Assembly (NCBI GenBank): GCA_051546255.1
Contig: CP128817.1
Coordinates: 558,001 to 622,000, forward strand
Length of the DNA stretch: 64,000 nucleotides
Source of the DNA: Meyerozyma guilliermondii
Taxonomy: Eukaryota
Direction: 5' to 3'
Positions within the stretch are counted from its first letter, which is position 1. The number at the start of each line of letters is the position of its first letter. The position numbers and the translations under genes were made by a program. Shown piece after piece: positions 49,848 through 60,350 of the stretch. Below the pieces are notes generated by a model. That model did no database searches. It saw only the letters and a program-made list of their open reading frames with translations, and was not told the DNA's origin.

Positions 49848-50912
49848 AGACTTTGGTTATTGAGAAATATGTGGCAAGAATAAGTGCCTATATATTGAGA
49901 TTGTCTGGTGCGCAGTATGGGTTCGTGGTGCATGGATGCCGCAAGCAGGGCTCGAGGAAGACGAAAAGAAGCCTTATTGTGCTAATTATGTTAGGTAGGG
50001 AGAAGGTTCAACTGAGCACTACAACGGGATAATTGATATCGAGGGTTCAATATGGAGATCTTGGGAAATTTACAACGAAAGTTATGCATATTTTACCAAA
50101 ATTTGCAACCGTCAAGTTATCATGATGAAGTTATTTTTAGTTGATACCAGTTAATGGAGCTACCAGAAGAGTTACGAACTGATATGATAGTTAATGAATC
50201 TTGTGACGGCTGGAACTTGGTCATCGTTAGCTTAAAACGGTTTATCAGTTACATAATCCAATTTACTAGAAACGGCAAAATTCTGGTATTTGGCAGAAAA
50301 GCGGCAACTTGAAGGGAAAGCTCAAATACAAAGTGACCCAATTGTTCCACCAAGATGCTTTGCCGCTCCTCAAATTTCACATTTAGTTGATTACATAACA
50401 CAACATTTTTGTTGCAAAAATTGTGAAATGGCAGATAATCTCGAGATGGAAGTAGAACTGGAAGCGTGAACTGATGAACAGGACCAATTGAATATGTGCT
50501 TATATCTGGGTAAATTTGGCATCTAATGGCATATACAGGAGAAAGTAGCAAGGTGAAGAAACTCAAACTACTGTAAAGTGGCCATTAATGCCCAATTCGT
50601 AATGCCAATTCGGCGCGGGCTATGGCCGAAAATGAGCCGCCTAGAAACGTCGGCACATTTCGGCAATATTTTATAAATAGCAGTAACGGCCCGGCACCGG
50701 TGCGGCTCACGGAACAAATACCCAAATCGAGCATGTTTCGGCGCGCGACAATGGCTGCAACCTTGCCGAGTACTGTGGCTCTATCTATGGTGTGGCGGAA
50801 TTTGTTGATGGAAAGTGGTGAACAAATTCAAAGATCTTCAAAATATACTTACAAATTTCATTGACAAAATATATTTACAAAATACTCACAAAACGTTTAC
50901 AACTCACTGACC

Positions 50913-51548
50913 ATGCCCACAGCTTTGATCGACGTTGATAAACATCTTTTTGAGCCCATAGTGAAGCCAGGCTACGCCGATTTGGACCAGAAGCGGATCC
51001 AGTCTTCTCCATATACCGAAATTGACCATCTACTAAATCTTGATGATTTGCAGTTTGGGTATCGAGCAATAGCCTTGGCGCTTCAATCGTTCGAAATTAC
51101 CAGTCAAAGATACGCTTTTGACCCATATGACGACTCATTCAATATACAACAAATCTGGCAGCTAGCACACGAGTATGCCATAAAGCTAGGAAAATCGTTG
51201 CCCACCACCGAAATTTATGTGATTGCATTTCGTTCACAGCTTCATACTGAAACACAGCAGAGCGAAGAGAGAAGAGAGTATCTTGGTCAAGTAGACAAAG
51301 CATCGCACCAAGAAGCCAACTTATCTGGAGGACTTCTCAAGTATTGGTTTGGAACACCAGAAGATACCCTAGGAAGAAATTTGGCAACTTGTTGGTGGAG
51401 AAGTAAGGAAGATGCAAAAGCTGGAGGAGGAGGAAAGGCCCATCGTCAAGGTATGGCCAAGGTGAAAGGATGGTTTGGTCATTGGCAGGTGGAAGAGTAC
51501 AGGGTTGTTTTTGGTGCGGATAGATATAGTATAGAACGCATAAACTAA
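50913..51548 (+). CDS. Conserved fungal protein of unknown function (UPF0643-like)
   Basis: YVIAFRS, DKASHQEAN(L)SGGLLKYWFG, RNLATCWWRS, GGGGKAH motifs recalled from a fungal uncharacterised family. Confidence 0.75.
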   Translation: MPTALIDVDKHLFEPIVKPGYADLDQKRIQSSPYTEIDHLLNLDDLQFGYRAIALALQSFEITSQRYAFDPYDDSFNIQQIWQLAHEYAIKLGKSLPTTEIYVIAFRSQLHTETQQSEERREYLGQVDKASHQEANLSGGLLKYWFGTPEDTLGRNLATCWWRSKEDAKAGGGGKAHRQGMAKVKGWFGHWQVEEYRVVFGADRYSIERIN

Positions 51549-51878
51549 AAGTCTCGTTAAAGTATCCAAAAGTCAATTCAGTCAATGCTAAGCTTCGCGC
51601 CGCACCAATTGGTCCAGTCTTTTCGGTTCACTATCTTTCTCGATTCGCCGATGCACGTGACCAGACATACCCTAGATAGCGCCGTGCGGGGCGAAAATTA
51701 TCGAGGTGACCACAAAACTGTGGCATTTCTAACGCTTATTGCCACAAAAATATTACCAAACGAGGAATCTCGTTATTTTTTACGGGCTACAACTCTCACA
51801 AATTCCACTTGTGTGCAGAAACTGTCGCCATAGTGCATGTACGAAGACACCTGTATATGGTAATGGTAGCCTATCACT

Positions 51879-51886
51879 TATATAAG
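51879..51886 (+). promoter_or_regulatory. TATA box of the MFS transporter gene
   Basis: TATATAAG about 45 nt before ATG 51927. Confidence 0.55.
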
Positions 51887-51926
51887 TGAGCAGCAATCCT
51901 AATCTTTTCAGTTTCCTTTGGTTACA

Positions 51927-53510
51927 ATGTCTACAAATCAAGGCGTTGTAGAACGTGGCTCGAGCGATGATCCCACCAAGGAAAACTTTATTGAGGACCA
52001 GCGGGTATATGACTCCGACCTGACTTCCGACTCCACGTTATATTCCGAAGGTGATTTTGACCTGGTTTATTTGAACAAGTCCAGGGTTTTGGCAAATGCT
52101 ATTGACGAAATCGGGTTTGGACGGTACCAAACAGGGTTGTTTTTCGTTGCTGGATTTGGCTGGTTTGCCGATAATGCTTGGCCTATTGTGACGTCCTTGA
52201 TAGTCAGCAGACTCACCGAAACTGATGGTGTTCATCATCCGCCCAACCGGGCTCCATATCTCGTTTTGGCGCAAAACTTGGGACTTTTCGCCGGAGCTGC
52301 GTTCTGGTCGTTCTCGGCAGACATTATTGGCCGCCGGTGGGCTTTCAATCTTACGTTTTTGATCACCGGTGTGTTTGCGGTGATAGCAGGTGGCTCTCCT
52401 AACTTTGTAGCCATTGGAATATTCGCTTCATTTTGGAGTTTCGGCGTGGGGGGAAATCTTCCCGTAGACTCGGCTATTTTCCTCGAGGCGTTGCCGTCTA
52501 CTCATCAATGGTTGTTGACGGCCATGTCGGCGTGGTGGGCTTTGGGCCAACTCGTGACCAACTTGATTGCCTGGGGTCTTCTCAGTAACTATTCTTGTGA
52601 CGATCCTTTGAATTGTAAAAAGGCAGACAACAAGGGATGGCGCTACTTTTTGTTCACTATGGGAGGATTTACACTTTTGATGTTCATCAGTCGGTTTGCT
52701 TTCCGAGTGTTTGAGTCTCCTAGGTTCCACTTGGCTCGTGGAGACGACGTCAAAGCCGTTGAAACCATCCATAGAATCGCCAAAATCAATCGCAAAGAAA
52801 GCACTTTGACCATAGACGACTTGACTCAGTTTGACGACAAATTGGAATCTGGAAAAGTGGAAAACAGATTGGTGAAAGAAAAACTCGAAAGGTTCAAATT
52901 GACTCATATCAGGCTGTGTTTCGGCTCAAGAAAAGTAGCATTTTCTTCAGGCTTGGTTATCGCAGTGTGGGCATTTGCTGGTTTGGCTTTCCCATTATAC
53001 AACGCTTTCTTGCCTACGTATCTTGAGATGCATGGAAATAACGGACAAGAATTGTCGGTGCACGAGACTTACAGAAATGCCTTGATTGTGTCGGTAATAG
53101 GTATTCCCGGTGCGATTATTGCAGCCATTTTGGTGGAGCTTCGTTTGGGCAGAAAGGGAACCCTTGTGTTATCGTTCCTTTTGACCGGGGTATTTTTGTT
53201 CATTTCAACTACGGCGAAAACAGCAAATGCTAATTTGGGCTACAATTGTGCATTCTCGTTTTTCTCCAATATTATGTACGGCGTGCTTTACGCTTACACT
53301 CCGGAAATTTTCCCCACCAAGATCAGAGGAACCGGAATCGGACTTGCGGCATCGGCAAACCGGATTTTCGGAATTTTTGCGCCGATCATTGCCATATTTG
53401 CTGACTTGACCACCTCTGCTCCAATCTACGTTAGTGGAGCTCTCTTTTTGTTGTGTGGAGTTTTGTCGGCTTTCTTTCCTTACGAGCCCAGAGGTAAAAA
53501 ATCTTATTGA
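51927..53510 (+). CDS. MFS transporter, SV2/NiaP-like subfamily, substrate unknown
   Basis: IGFGRYQ, ADIIGRRWAF, GVGGNLPVDSAIFLE, ESPRF, YAYTPEIFPTKIRGTG; multiple TM helices; first ATG 51927. Confidence 0.9.
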   Translation: MSTNQGVVERGSSDDPTKENFIEDQRVYDSDLTSDSTLYSEGDFDLVYLNKSRVLANAIDEIGFGRYQTGLFFVAGFGWFADNAWPIVTSLIVSRLTETDGVHHPPNRAPYLVLAQNLGLFAGAAFWSFSADIIGRRWAFNLTFLITGVFAVIAGGSPNFVAIGIFASFWSFGVGGNLPVDSAIFLEALPSTHQWLLTAMSAWWALGQLVTNLIAWGLLSNYSCDDPLNCKKADNKGWRYFLFTMGGFTLLMFISRFAFRVFESPRFHLARGDDVKAVETIHRIAKINRKESTLTIDDLTQFDDKLESGKVENRLVKEKLERFKLTHIRLCFGSRKVAFSSGLVIAVWAFAGLAFPLYNAFLPTYLEMHGNNGQELSVHETYRNALIVSVIGIPGAIIAAILVELRLGRKGTLVLSFLLTGVFLFISTTAKTANANLGYNCAFSFFSNIMYGVLYAYTPEIFPTKIRGTGIGLAASANRIFGIFAPIIAIFADLTTSAPIYVSGALFLLCGVLSAFFPYEPRGKKSY

Positions 53511-53729
53511 CGATTAATCTAGATTGGTGATACACAGGAGTGAATCATCCATTGCGCTTCAAATTGTAGGTATGAATGTAGTTGTAGGTGTAGGATTTGC
53601 AACTTATTTCCTGCACGCAGCTTGTTCTAATAAGGGCTTAAATTTTATTCCGCGGAACCAACTACCGCATCGGGGCATCGCACCCGTCTTCCCCATATAA
53701 ATCTCAAGCTTGCTTTCACCACCATCATC

Positions 53730-54599
53730 ATGTCGTTCACAAGAAATGCAGAAATAGCCCAATTCGGCGGCAAATTGTTCAAATTGTCACACGACCTGTC
53801 CACAACCAACACTAAAATGGACGTAAATGTATTTGTTCCTACAACTTCTGGCAAAGTTCCGGTATTGCTCTACTTATCAGGCTTAACTTGCACTCCCAAT
53901 AATGCCAGTGAAAAATCGTTTTTACAATTTTTTGCCGCCAAATACGGCTTTGCAATTGTGTTCCCCGACACCTCGCCTCGTGGTGCTAAAATTGAAGGAG
54001 AGGATGAATCTTGGGACTTTGGAACTGGGGCAGGTTTCTATGTCGATGCTACCGAGGAACCATGGCTGAAAAATTACAAAATGTATAGCTATGTTCACAA
54101 AGAACTCCAGGAAAAGTTGGCAGAGGAGTTCCCCAAGCTTGATTTTGAAACAATTTCCATCGCAGGACACTCAATGGGTGGGTTTGGTGCATTATCAGGC
54201 TTCTTTACCAACCCTGGAAAATACAAGTCTGTCTCAGCTTGGGCTCCAATTGCAAACCCGCTGACTTGTCCATGGGGTAAGAAAGCCTTTGGCAACTACT
54301 TGGGCTCTAACGAGGAATTGTGGCACAAGTACGATCCCACTCATTTAATTGGTACTTACCAGCATGAACATCAACCGGATATCTTGATCCATCAGGGTGC
54401 AGCCGACGGATTTTACTATAAAGACCATCAATTGCAACCGGAAAAGTTTGTGGAAGCAGCAGAAGCATCCAATTACAAAGGTAAAGTCGATTTGAATGTG
54501 GTGGATGGATACGACCACTCATACTTTTTCATCAGTTCGTTTGCCGAAGCTCATGCCAAGCACCACGCAAAACATTTGGGGCTCTCTAGTTCGTTGTAG
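53730..54599 (+). CDS. FGH1: S-formylglutathione hydrolase (esterase D, YJL068C-like)
   Basis: YLSGLTCT, PDTSPRG, WDFGTGAGFYVDAT, GHSMGG (GxSxG), GYDHSYFFI. Confidence 0.96.
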   Translation: MSFTRNAEIAQFGGKLFKLSHDLSTTNTKMDVNVFVPTTSGKVPVLLYLSGLTCTPNNASEKSFLQFFAAKYGFAIVFPDTSPRGAKIEGEDESWDFGTGAGFYVDATEEPWLKNYKMYSYVHKELQEKLAEEFPKLDFETISIAGHSMGGFGALSGFFTNPGKYKSVSAWAPIANPLTCPWGKKAFGNYLGSNEELWHKYDPTHLIGTYQHEHQPDILIHQGAADGFYYKDHQLQPEKFVEAAEASNYKGKVDLNVVDGYDHSYFFISSFAEAHAKHHAKHLGLSSSL

Positions 54600-54630
54600 T
54601 TGATAAAGCTCGTTCCCTATCTAGTTCCCT

Positions 54631-55662
54631 TCATTTAGTGTCATTATACTTCTCAGCAAACTTCTTCTCCCATGCATCGCACCACTTAATCTTTGTGTCG
54701 CTGCCTTTATTTGCAGCCTTGACTACTCGAACAAGCTTGAGACATTTGGAGGTTATGTCCAGTGCATACTGCTTGCACTCGTCGCCAATGTAGTTTTCAA
54801 GCATCAAATCCACTATGAGCTTGTCTATGAGAGCCACAATATCTTTTTGGGTATTGTAGATAGAGTTGATGGTGGTCCCTGAGGTCACCGAGGGTAAAGA
54901 ACGCAAAAGCGATGAAAATAAGAGCTTGATGAGCTTGAATTTCTCAAGCCACGTAGATGCAAATGTAATGAGTTCTTCGTTATTATCGGCTTTTGGAGGG
55001 TTTTCTGTGGTTTCATCTTCAGAGTCAGATAACCCGAATGGATCTTCCATTTCAAACCCTTCGGGATCCTGTGCCCATTCCGCAAACTCGTCGAGTCCGT
55101 CATCTATTAAGAGAATGCTCTGTTTTATACGACGGTTGAGAAGACCTAATTTGCCTGTTTTGATTAAATCAATGAGCTCATCGCAGTGTTCCCAAAGACG
55201 ACCCACTGAAACAAGTCTTTGGTCAATTTTTGAATCTGAGGTTTCCGTACTCGTACTTTCTTGCTCTTCTACTAGCAACGAGAGCTCCTCAGCAAACGTG
55301 TCTGTGGTGGAGAGAAGAGACTTCACCAAGCCAAGAATTTCTGAATGATAGATGTCGCTAATTTCGACGGGACTCAACTGGGCAACAACAGTTACTGTCA
55401 ACACCACCGTTTCCGACAATTGCTCCACAGTCTTGTAGGCAGCATCTACCAGCCGCAAGTTCTCGGGCTTGAACACAATGCCAACTTTCGTTACATGGGC
55501 TTTAATCAATTTAGCCAATTTTTCGAGTTCTTCGAGTGGTTTTTCTAGACGAGCAGTTTGGGCCAGTGTGACCTCAGATGTGGCTAGACTAGTCCTCCAG
55601 TACTTCAGGGCCTCGCTGAAAGATTTGAGAAGCTTTAGGAGATCGTTTGAGGTGGGCACCAT
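54631..55662 (-). CDS. GCIP/CCNDBP1 (Grap2 and cyclin-D-interacting) domain protein
   Basis: LIKAHVTKVGIVF, LVSVGRLWEHCDEL, LIDDGLDEFAEW followed by an acidic DPFG-SDSEDE patch; recalled similarity. Confidence 0.7.
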   Translation of the reverse strand: MVPTSNDLLKLLKSFSEALKYWRTSLATSEVTLAQTARLEKPLEELEKLAKLIKAHVTKVGIVFKPENLRLVDAAYKTVEQLSETVVLTVTVVAQLSPVEISDIYHSEILGLVKSLLSTTDTFAEELSLLVEEQESTSTETSDSKIDQRLVSVGRLWEHCDELIDLIKTGKLGLLNRRIKQSILLIDDGLDEFAEWAQDPEGFEMEDPFGLSDSEDETTENPPKADNNEELITFASTWLEKFKLIKLLFSSLLRSLPSVTSGTTINSIYNTQKDIVALIDKLIVDLMLENYIGDECKQYALDITSKCLKLVRVVKAANKGSDTKIKWCDAWEKKFAEKYNDTK

Positions 55663-55819
55663 AGTACGAGGTGGTTCTTCGATGAGATGCGATCAATTTG
55701 GATTGGGTGCGAAATTCAGTGCGAGCCTAGCGAAGTGAGCTGTGGTAGACTATGAAAGAAATGGAAAATGTATGTTAAATTTGTGCATGGATGAATATTG
55801 TGAGACTACGAGAGTCATA

Positions 55820-55864
55820 AAATGTATGAATTGTATGAAATGTATGAATTGTATGAAATGTATG
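55820..55864. repeat. 9-bp tandem repeat with 18-bp alternation, LAS17 3' region
   Basis: AAATGTATG and AATTGTATG alternate over 5 units. Confidence 0.92.
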
Positions 55865-55886
55865 AGCTAGAGAACGGTATATGCTA

Positions 55887-57830
55887 TTACCAATCGTCAT
55901 CGTCTTCGTCGTCACTTCCGGCAACCTTGCCCTTTCTTTGGTTAAGTGCTGAAGCCAATGCATCAGCTAAACTGGCGGGCTGACCAGGTGCGGCGGCAGG
56001 TGCCGAACCACCGCTACTAGAGCCTCCTTGTACTTCCTGGAGCAACGCACTGGGCTTTTCAAGCTGAGACTTATCGGTCTTCTTGAGAGCTCCAATTCCA
56101 CCAGCGCCTTGAATCGAGGCTAAGAGAGCGCCGCGAGATGCATCCACGACTGGCAATGGAGCTGCTGGCTCAGAAGAAGACAAATCTGGTGGAGGAGGTG
56201 GAGGAGGAGGGCCACCAGACAGCTGTTCTGCAGGAGGTAATGGAGGTGGAGGAGGAACGCCAGACTGAACTGGAGGTGGAGGTGGAATGGCAGATTGAAC
56301 TGGAGGAGCTTGAGGAGCTTGTGGTGCTCGTGGTGGAGGGGGAGGTTGTGAGGCTGGCAGATGAGCTGGAGGTGGAGGATAGTTGTTCGCTGGTGGTGGG
56401 GGAACAGAAGTGGGTTGATAGGTTTGGTGTTGATTTGGCTGGTAGGTTTGTGGTGAACTGGGGCCAGTACCCGTATGCTGTGGTGTTGCTCCTCGTGCTC
56501 GTGGGGGCGGAGGTGGGGGACCGGATCTGTTTGTTCTTGGAGGAGGAGGTGGAGGAGGACCTCCAGTCAGTTGTGGGGCCCGATAACCTGGAGCTCTTGG
56601 AGGAGGCGGAGGCACGTTTCCGCGAGAAGGAGGAGGAGCAGGAGGAGTGGCCTGGGAACGCAACGGCGGCGGTGGAGGAACGTTGCCGCGGTTGGCAAGA
56701 GATGGCGGAGCATTGTGTGTTACGCCGTTTTGGTAAGTGGGGGCAGCATTTTGGCTTGGCAAGCCTGGAAGTGGGCGATTATTTGACTGGAATGAAGGTG
56801 GACCTGTTCCTTGGGGAGTCACTGATGGAGGTGGGGGCAACAGCGAGTTTCTGACAGGAGGAACTATTGCATCTTTTGGTGGTAACCGGAAGCGAGACTG
56901 AGGTGTAGGTTGAGGTTCAGGAGTTTCTGTTGGAGTTGAAACTGCGGGGGAAGGAGAAGGAGAAGGAGAAGGTGACGAAGCGGGGGAAGGTATTTTTGAG
57001 CCAAAAGCAGACGCAGAGTCTGAAGATGTGTTTGCAGCTGGCGGAGGAGGAGGTGGAGGAGCCTTTTTGTGCTTCCTAGGAGCTTCGACAGGAGCAGCCG
57101 GCGCAGCCGCTGTTGTTCCAGCTTCGTGTTTGCGCTGGAATCTGCGCGGGACTGGTGGCTCGAGGCCCACCAAGGGCCCTCCCAGCTCTGCAATGTAATT
57201 TTTAATAAACTCACGGTTATCGTAGATCATGTCTTCGGTAATCCCTGCCGCTTCGAGCTCGTGGTACAACGACCTCCACTCTGGAGGAGGAGCATCATCG
57301 TAGTAGAGTATGCCTTTAGCACGCCGAGACCTTTGAGCAGTATTAACATCCATAAATTCACCTCTAGGTCCAGGCTGTTGACGACGGCCATCTGAATGAA
57401 CCCGATCACGCAACGCAATTGCACTTTTGTTGTTGACGGTGTGCTTCAGCCCATGCTTGTTGCGTGACGTCACACGCTTGTAAAAATGACTGGCTTCGCT
57501 GGTATCTTCAAAGAGCAATCCCACTAGACAGTCTTCGATTTCGAACGTATGGAAGAACTTTCGATCCTGATGATAGGCAAAATTCACCCACAATTCTTGG
57601 TCCCAAACCACTCCGCGGTGTCCGAGGATATCCACCATTTTGAGAAAGTAAGTGTGTCCCACCAAGTCATCCACAAGTACAATGGCACCCACCAAGCCGG
57701 TGTAGGTCCATTCGGTGGGGGAAGGATGGGCAATGTAGAGTCGTGCCACGGTGGCATCGATGATTTTGTTGTTTGCCTTTGGGATAACCCGCTTGATTTT
57801 CTCTTTATCGGCGGCAGTTAAGAGCCCCAT
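55887..57830 (-). CDS. LAS17: WASP homologue Las17/Wal1
   Basis: WH1 domain (MGLLTAADKEKIKRVIPKANNKIIDATVARLY), polyproline tracts, WH2 (RGALLASIQGAGGIGALKK), acidic end DDEDDDDW. Confidence 0.97.
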   Translation of the reverse strand: MGLLTAADKEKIKRVIPKANNKIIDATVARLYIAHPSPTEWTYTGLVGAIVLVDDLVGHTYFLKMVDILGHRGVVWDQELWVNFAYHQDRKFFHTFEIEDCLVGLLFEDTSEASHFYKRVTSRNKHGLKHTVNNKSAIALRDRVHSDGRRQQPGPRGEFMDVNTAQRSRRAKGILYYDDAPPPEWRSLYHELEAAGITEDMIYDNREFIKNYIAELGGPLVGLEPPVPRRFQRKHEAGTTAAAPAAPVEAPRKHKKAPPPPPPPAANTSSDSASAFGSKIPSPASSPSPSPSPSPAVSTPTETPEPQPTPQSRFRLPPKDAIVPPVRNSLLPPPPSVTPQGTGPPSFQSNNRPLPGLPSQNAAPTYQNGVTHNAPPSLANRGNVPPPPPLRSQATPPAPPPSRGNVPPPPPRAPGYRAPQLTGGPPPPPPPRTNRSGPPPPPPRARGATPQHTGTGPSSPQTYQPNQHQTYQPTSVPPPPANNYPPPPAHLPASQPPPPPRAPQAPQAPPVQSAIPPPPPVQSGVPPPPPLPPAEQLSGGPPPPPPPPDLSSSEPAAPLPVVDASRGALLASIQGAGGIGALKKTDKSQLEKPSALLQEVQGGSSSGGSAPAAAPGQPASLADALASALNQRKGKVAGSDDEDDDDW

Positions 57831-57954
57831 GGTGCCGAATTGACGAAATACAACAAAAGGGTTGAGATCAACTGAAGTCGACTTTCGCAGTTAGCACACC
57901 CCAACACCAACATGGTGGTGAACACTGAATTTCGCAAATCCATCACCAAACCCA

Positions 57955-58146
57955 ATGTCACGTCAAGGAGGTAAAGCCAAGCCGTTAAAGTCGGCCAAGA
58001 AACAGCAAACCGACCTCACCGATGAGGAATTAGCATTCAAGGAAAAACAAAAGGCTGATGCTCAAGCACGCAAAAAGATGGCTGAACAAGCCAAAAAAGG
58101 TGGACCATTAGTTGGTGGTGGAATCAAGAAGAGCGGCAAAAAATAA
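57955..58146 (+). CDS. TMA7: Translation machinery-associated protein 7
   Basis: MSRQGGKAKPLK...GPLVGGGIKKSGKK. Confidence 0.96.
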   Translation: MSRQGGKAKPLKSAKKQQTDLTDEELAFKEKQKADAQARKKMAEQAKKGGPLVGGGIKKSGKK

Positions 58147-58316
58147 AGTTTATATGTAGTTGTGTATTGTATAGACGTTTCTCTTGCGAAAAGTAGCGTA
58201 AAACGCCAACAAAACCCGAATTTCGTGCCCATGGTTGGTCCCATGATTGGTTTCCATGGTAGAGGTCCTGCATATTCTAACAATTTCTTCAAACTTTCTG
58301 CGATTTTTCTTCAACA

Positions 58317-59066
58317 ATGCCGTCGTTGCAGAAGTTCCACGCCAATGTGGCCCGCCACGTCAAGCTGATGAACAAAAACTTGTGTGCCGAGATAATGCGC
58401 CACGACTACATTGTCACAGGACGTACAAAGGCCAAAAGAGCCCAACCACACGTCGAGCGCTTTTTGGCCAACGCTCTTAAAGCCAACCGCAAAATGGAGG
58501 GAACCGATCTTCAAGAACGTATACAGCGGAACCAGGCCCTTAACTACTTGCATCCTCCATTAAGAACCGAAATAGGCACCCGGGTGCTTGAAGACCTTGC
58601 CAAAAGATACCCCAAAAGAACCCATGGGTTCACCAGAATCATCAAACTCGAGCCTCGTTTGGGTGAAGACAAGGCACCTATGTCGGTGTTGGAGCTCGTA
58701 GACAGCGACTATCAAATCAAATATTGGTATATGGCCAAAGTGGTTGCTCGTTTGGAACTCCAGGGCTTACCATTGGACGACTTGACGGCACACAATGTAC
58801 GTAAACTCACACAATATCGACAGGACGGAGACCAGGAGTTCCGAGACGCAGTGGAAACTGCCAAAAAACAGTTTTTCAAGGTGGACGACGAGGGAAATGT
58901 GGTAGATGAAGAGATCAAACGTAATTTGGAAAATAAGCCTACAAACTTGGAATTCCACGGAGGAAGCTTAGCAGGAAAACTTCTTGTTTCCAAAAAGTAC
59001 CCAACCGTCCAGCGTCCTTCAAAGGAAGAGGTAGAGGTTCCCCAGTCGCCATTTTTGAGAAATTAG
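58317..59066 (+). CDS. MRPL8: Mitochondrial ribosomal protein bL17m
   Basis: KNLCAEIMRHDYIVTGRTKAK, RYPKRTHGFTRIIKLEPRLGEDKAPMSVLELVD. Confidence 0.93.
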   Translation: MPSLQKFHANVARHVKLMNKNLCAEIMRHDYIVTGRTKAKRAQPHVERFLANALKANRKMEGTDLQERIQRNQALNYLHPPLRTEIGTRVLEDLAKRYPKRTHGFTRIIKLEPRLGEDKAPMSVLELVDSDYQIKYWYMAKVVARLELQGLPLDDLTAHNVRKLTQYRQDGDQEFRDAVETAKKQFFKVDDEGNVVDEEIKRNLENKPTNLEFHGGSLAGKLLVSKKYPTVQRPSKEEVEVPQSPFLRN

Positions 59067-59068
59067 CA

Positions 59069-59076
59069 TGTATATA
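59069..59076 (+). promoter_or_regulatory. Puf3-type element in MRPL8 3' UTR
   Basis: CA-TGTATATA directly after the TAG, with C at -2. Confidence 0.7.
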
Positions 59077-59301
59077 GTGGAGAAGAGAGTGATAAGAGTT
59101 AGAAGAGAGTAGTAAGTAAAATGAGTGAGTAAGTAGTGAGTAAATTAAATGAACTAGTGAAGAGTAAACTGCGTGAATGAAGTTTAGTGGGAAAACACTT
59201 GAATACTCAATTGGTGTAATTGTCACTTAATGCAACTGTCCGTATCTCAATGTAATTTCGTGTCGCACAAGTTCACAACATTTTGTCACTCTTATCTCAC
59301 A

Positions 59302-60234
59302 ATGTACTTTTCAAAATCACATTTCCAGCCCCAAGGAAAGTGTGCTCTTATAGTGGGTGCTTCCCAGGGCCTAGGTGCCGAATTAGCTCGTCAATTGTAC
59401 TCAAAAGGTTGCACGGTTATATTGGTCGCACGTACACAAGCAAAGTTGAAGTTAGTGGTTGATGAAATTGAAAAGGAAAAAATTGAGACAGGAGATCCAA
59501 AGGCATTGTATATCGCTGCAGATGTATCCAAGTATGACCAATGCTTACAATTGTGGCAAGAGATTGACGAGGCAGGCTTGGATCCAGACTTTATTTTCTG
59601 CTGTGCTGGAAGCACCATTTGCAAGCTTTTTGAAGATCTTACAGGCGCAGATTTGGCTCAAGGAGTGAATGTCAACTATATGACAGCTCTCAATGTCACG
59701 CATTCTGGGTTTCGTCATGTTCTTTCTAAAGGTACAATTGCAAAAAAGAGACATGTTATATTTTTCAGTAGCGTCGTGAGCTTTTTCACGTTTGCAGGCT
59801 ACTCTCAATATGCCCCACTCAAGAGTGCTCTAGAGTCGCTTTCGATCTCTTTGAGGCAGGAAATGGGCCCTTATGGCTATAGAATCTCCTGTGTGTTCCC
59901 TGGGAACTTTGCAAGTGAAGGTTTTGAAGAAGAACAAAAAACAAAACCTCAAATAACCAAGGATATTGAGGGTCCAAGTAAGCCAATCTCAACAGAAAAG
60001 TGTGCGGACATAGTCATTGACAAGTTGAGTAAAGGCTACGATACCATAACCACCGATAGTATAGGATGGTTACTCAGCTGTTCTGTACTTGGAATGCTTC
60101 CTAGACAATGGGGATTTTTTCAAATTATTGTCAGTTTCTTGTTTCTGCTTATTGCTCCTATAGTGAACTGGGTGATCTACCGAGACGTGGAGAAGTACTT
60201 TAAGAAGAGAGAAGAAGCCAAAAAGACAAAGTGA
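59302..60234 (+). CDS. TSC10: 3-ketodihydrosphingosine reductase (SDR)
   Basis: [23 protein letters not shown] (YxxxK), [20 protein letters not shown]-terminal TM and KKxx. ATG 59302 preferred; an in-frame upstream ATG exists at 59230. Confidence 0.92.
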   Translation: MYFSKSHFQPQGKCALIVGASQGLGAELARQLYSKGCTVILVARTQAKLKLVVDEIEKEKIETGDPKALYIAADVSKYDQCLQLWQEIDEAGLDPDFIFCCAGSTICKLFEDLTGADLAQGVNVNYMTALNVTHSGFRHVLSKGTIAKKRHVIFFSSVVSFFTFAGYSQYAPLKSALESLSISLRQEMGPYGYRISCVFPGNFASEGFEEEQKTKPQITKDIEGPSKPISTEKCADIVIDKLSKGYDTITTDSIGWLLSCSVLGMLPRQWGFFQIIVSFLFLLIAPIVNWVIYRDVEKYFKKREEAKKTK

Positions 60235-60350
60235 GAACAAATAGACATGTATAGCTATGAAGAACAGAAGACATGTACTATGAATAGACCATGAATTGCA
60301 AAAATTTGTGGAGTCAGTAATATATTTTCATGGAAAGGTTGGAGTATATT

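Noticed and set aside
56138..56854. 238-aa Glu/Val-rich + strand ORF
   Set aside because: Reverse complement of the LAS17 polyproline (CCT/CCA) tracts.
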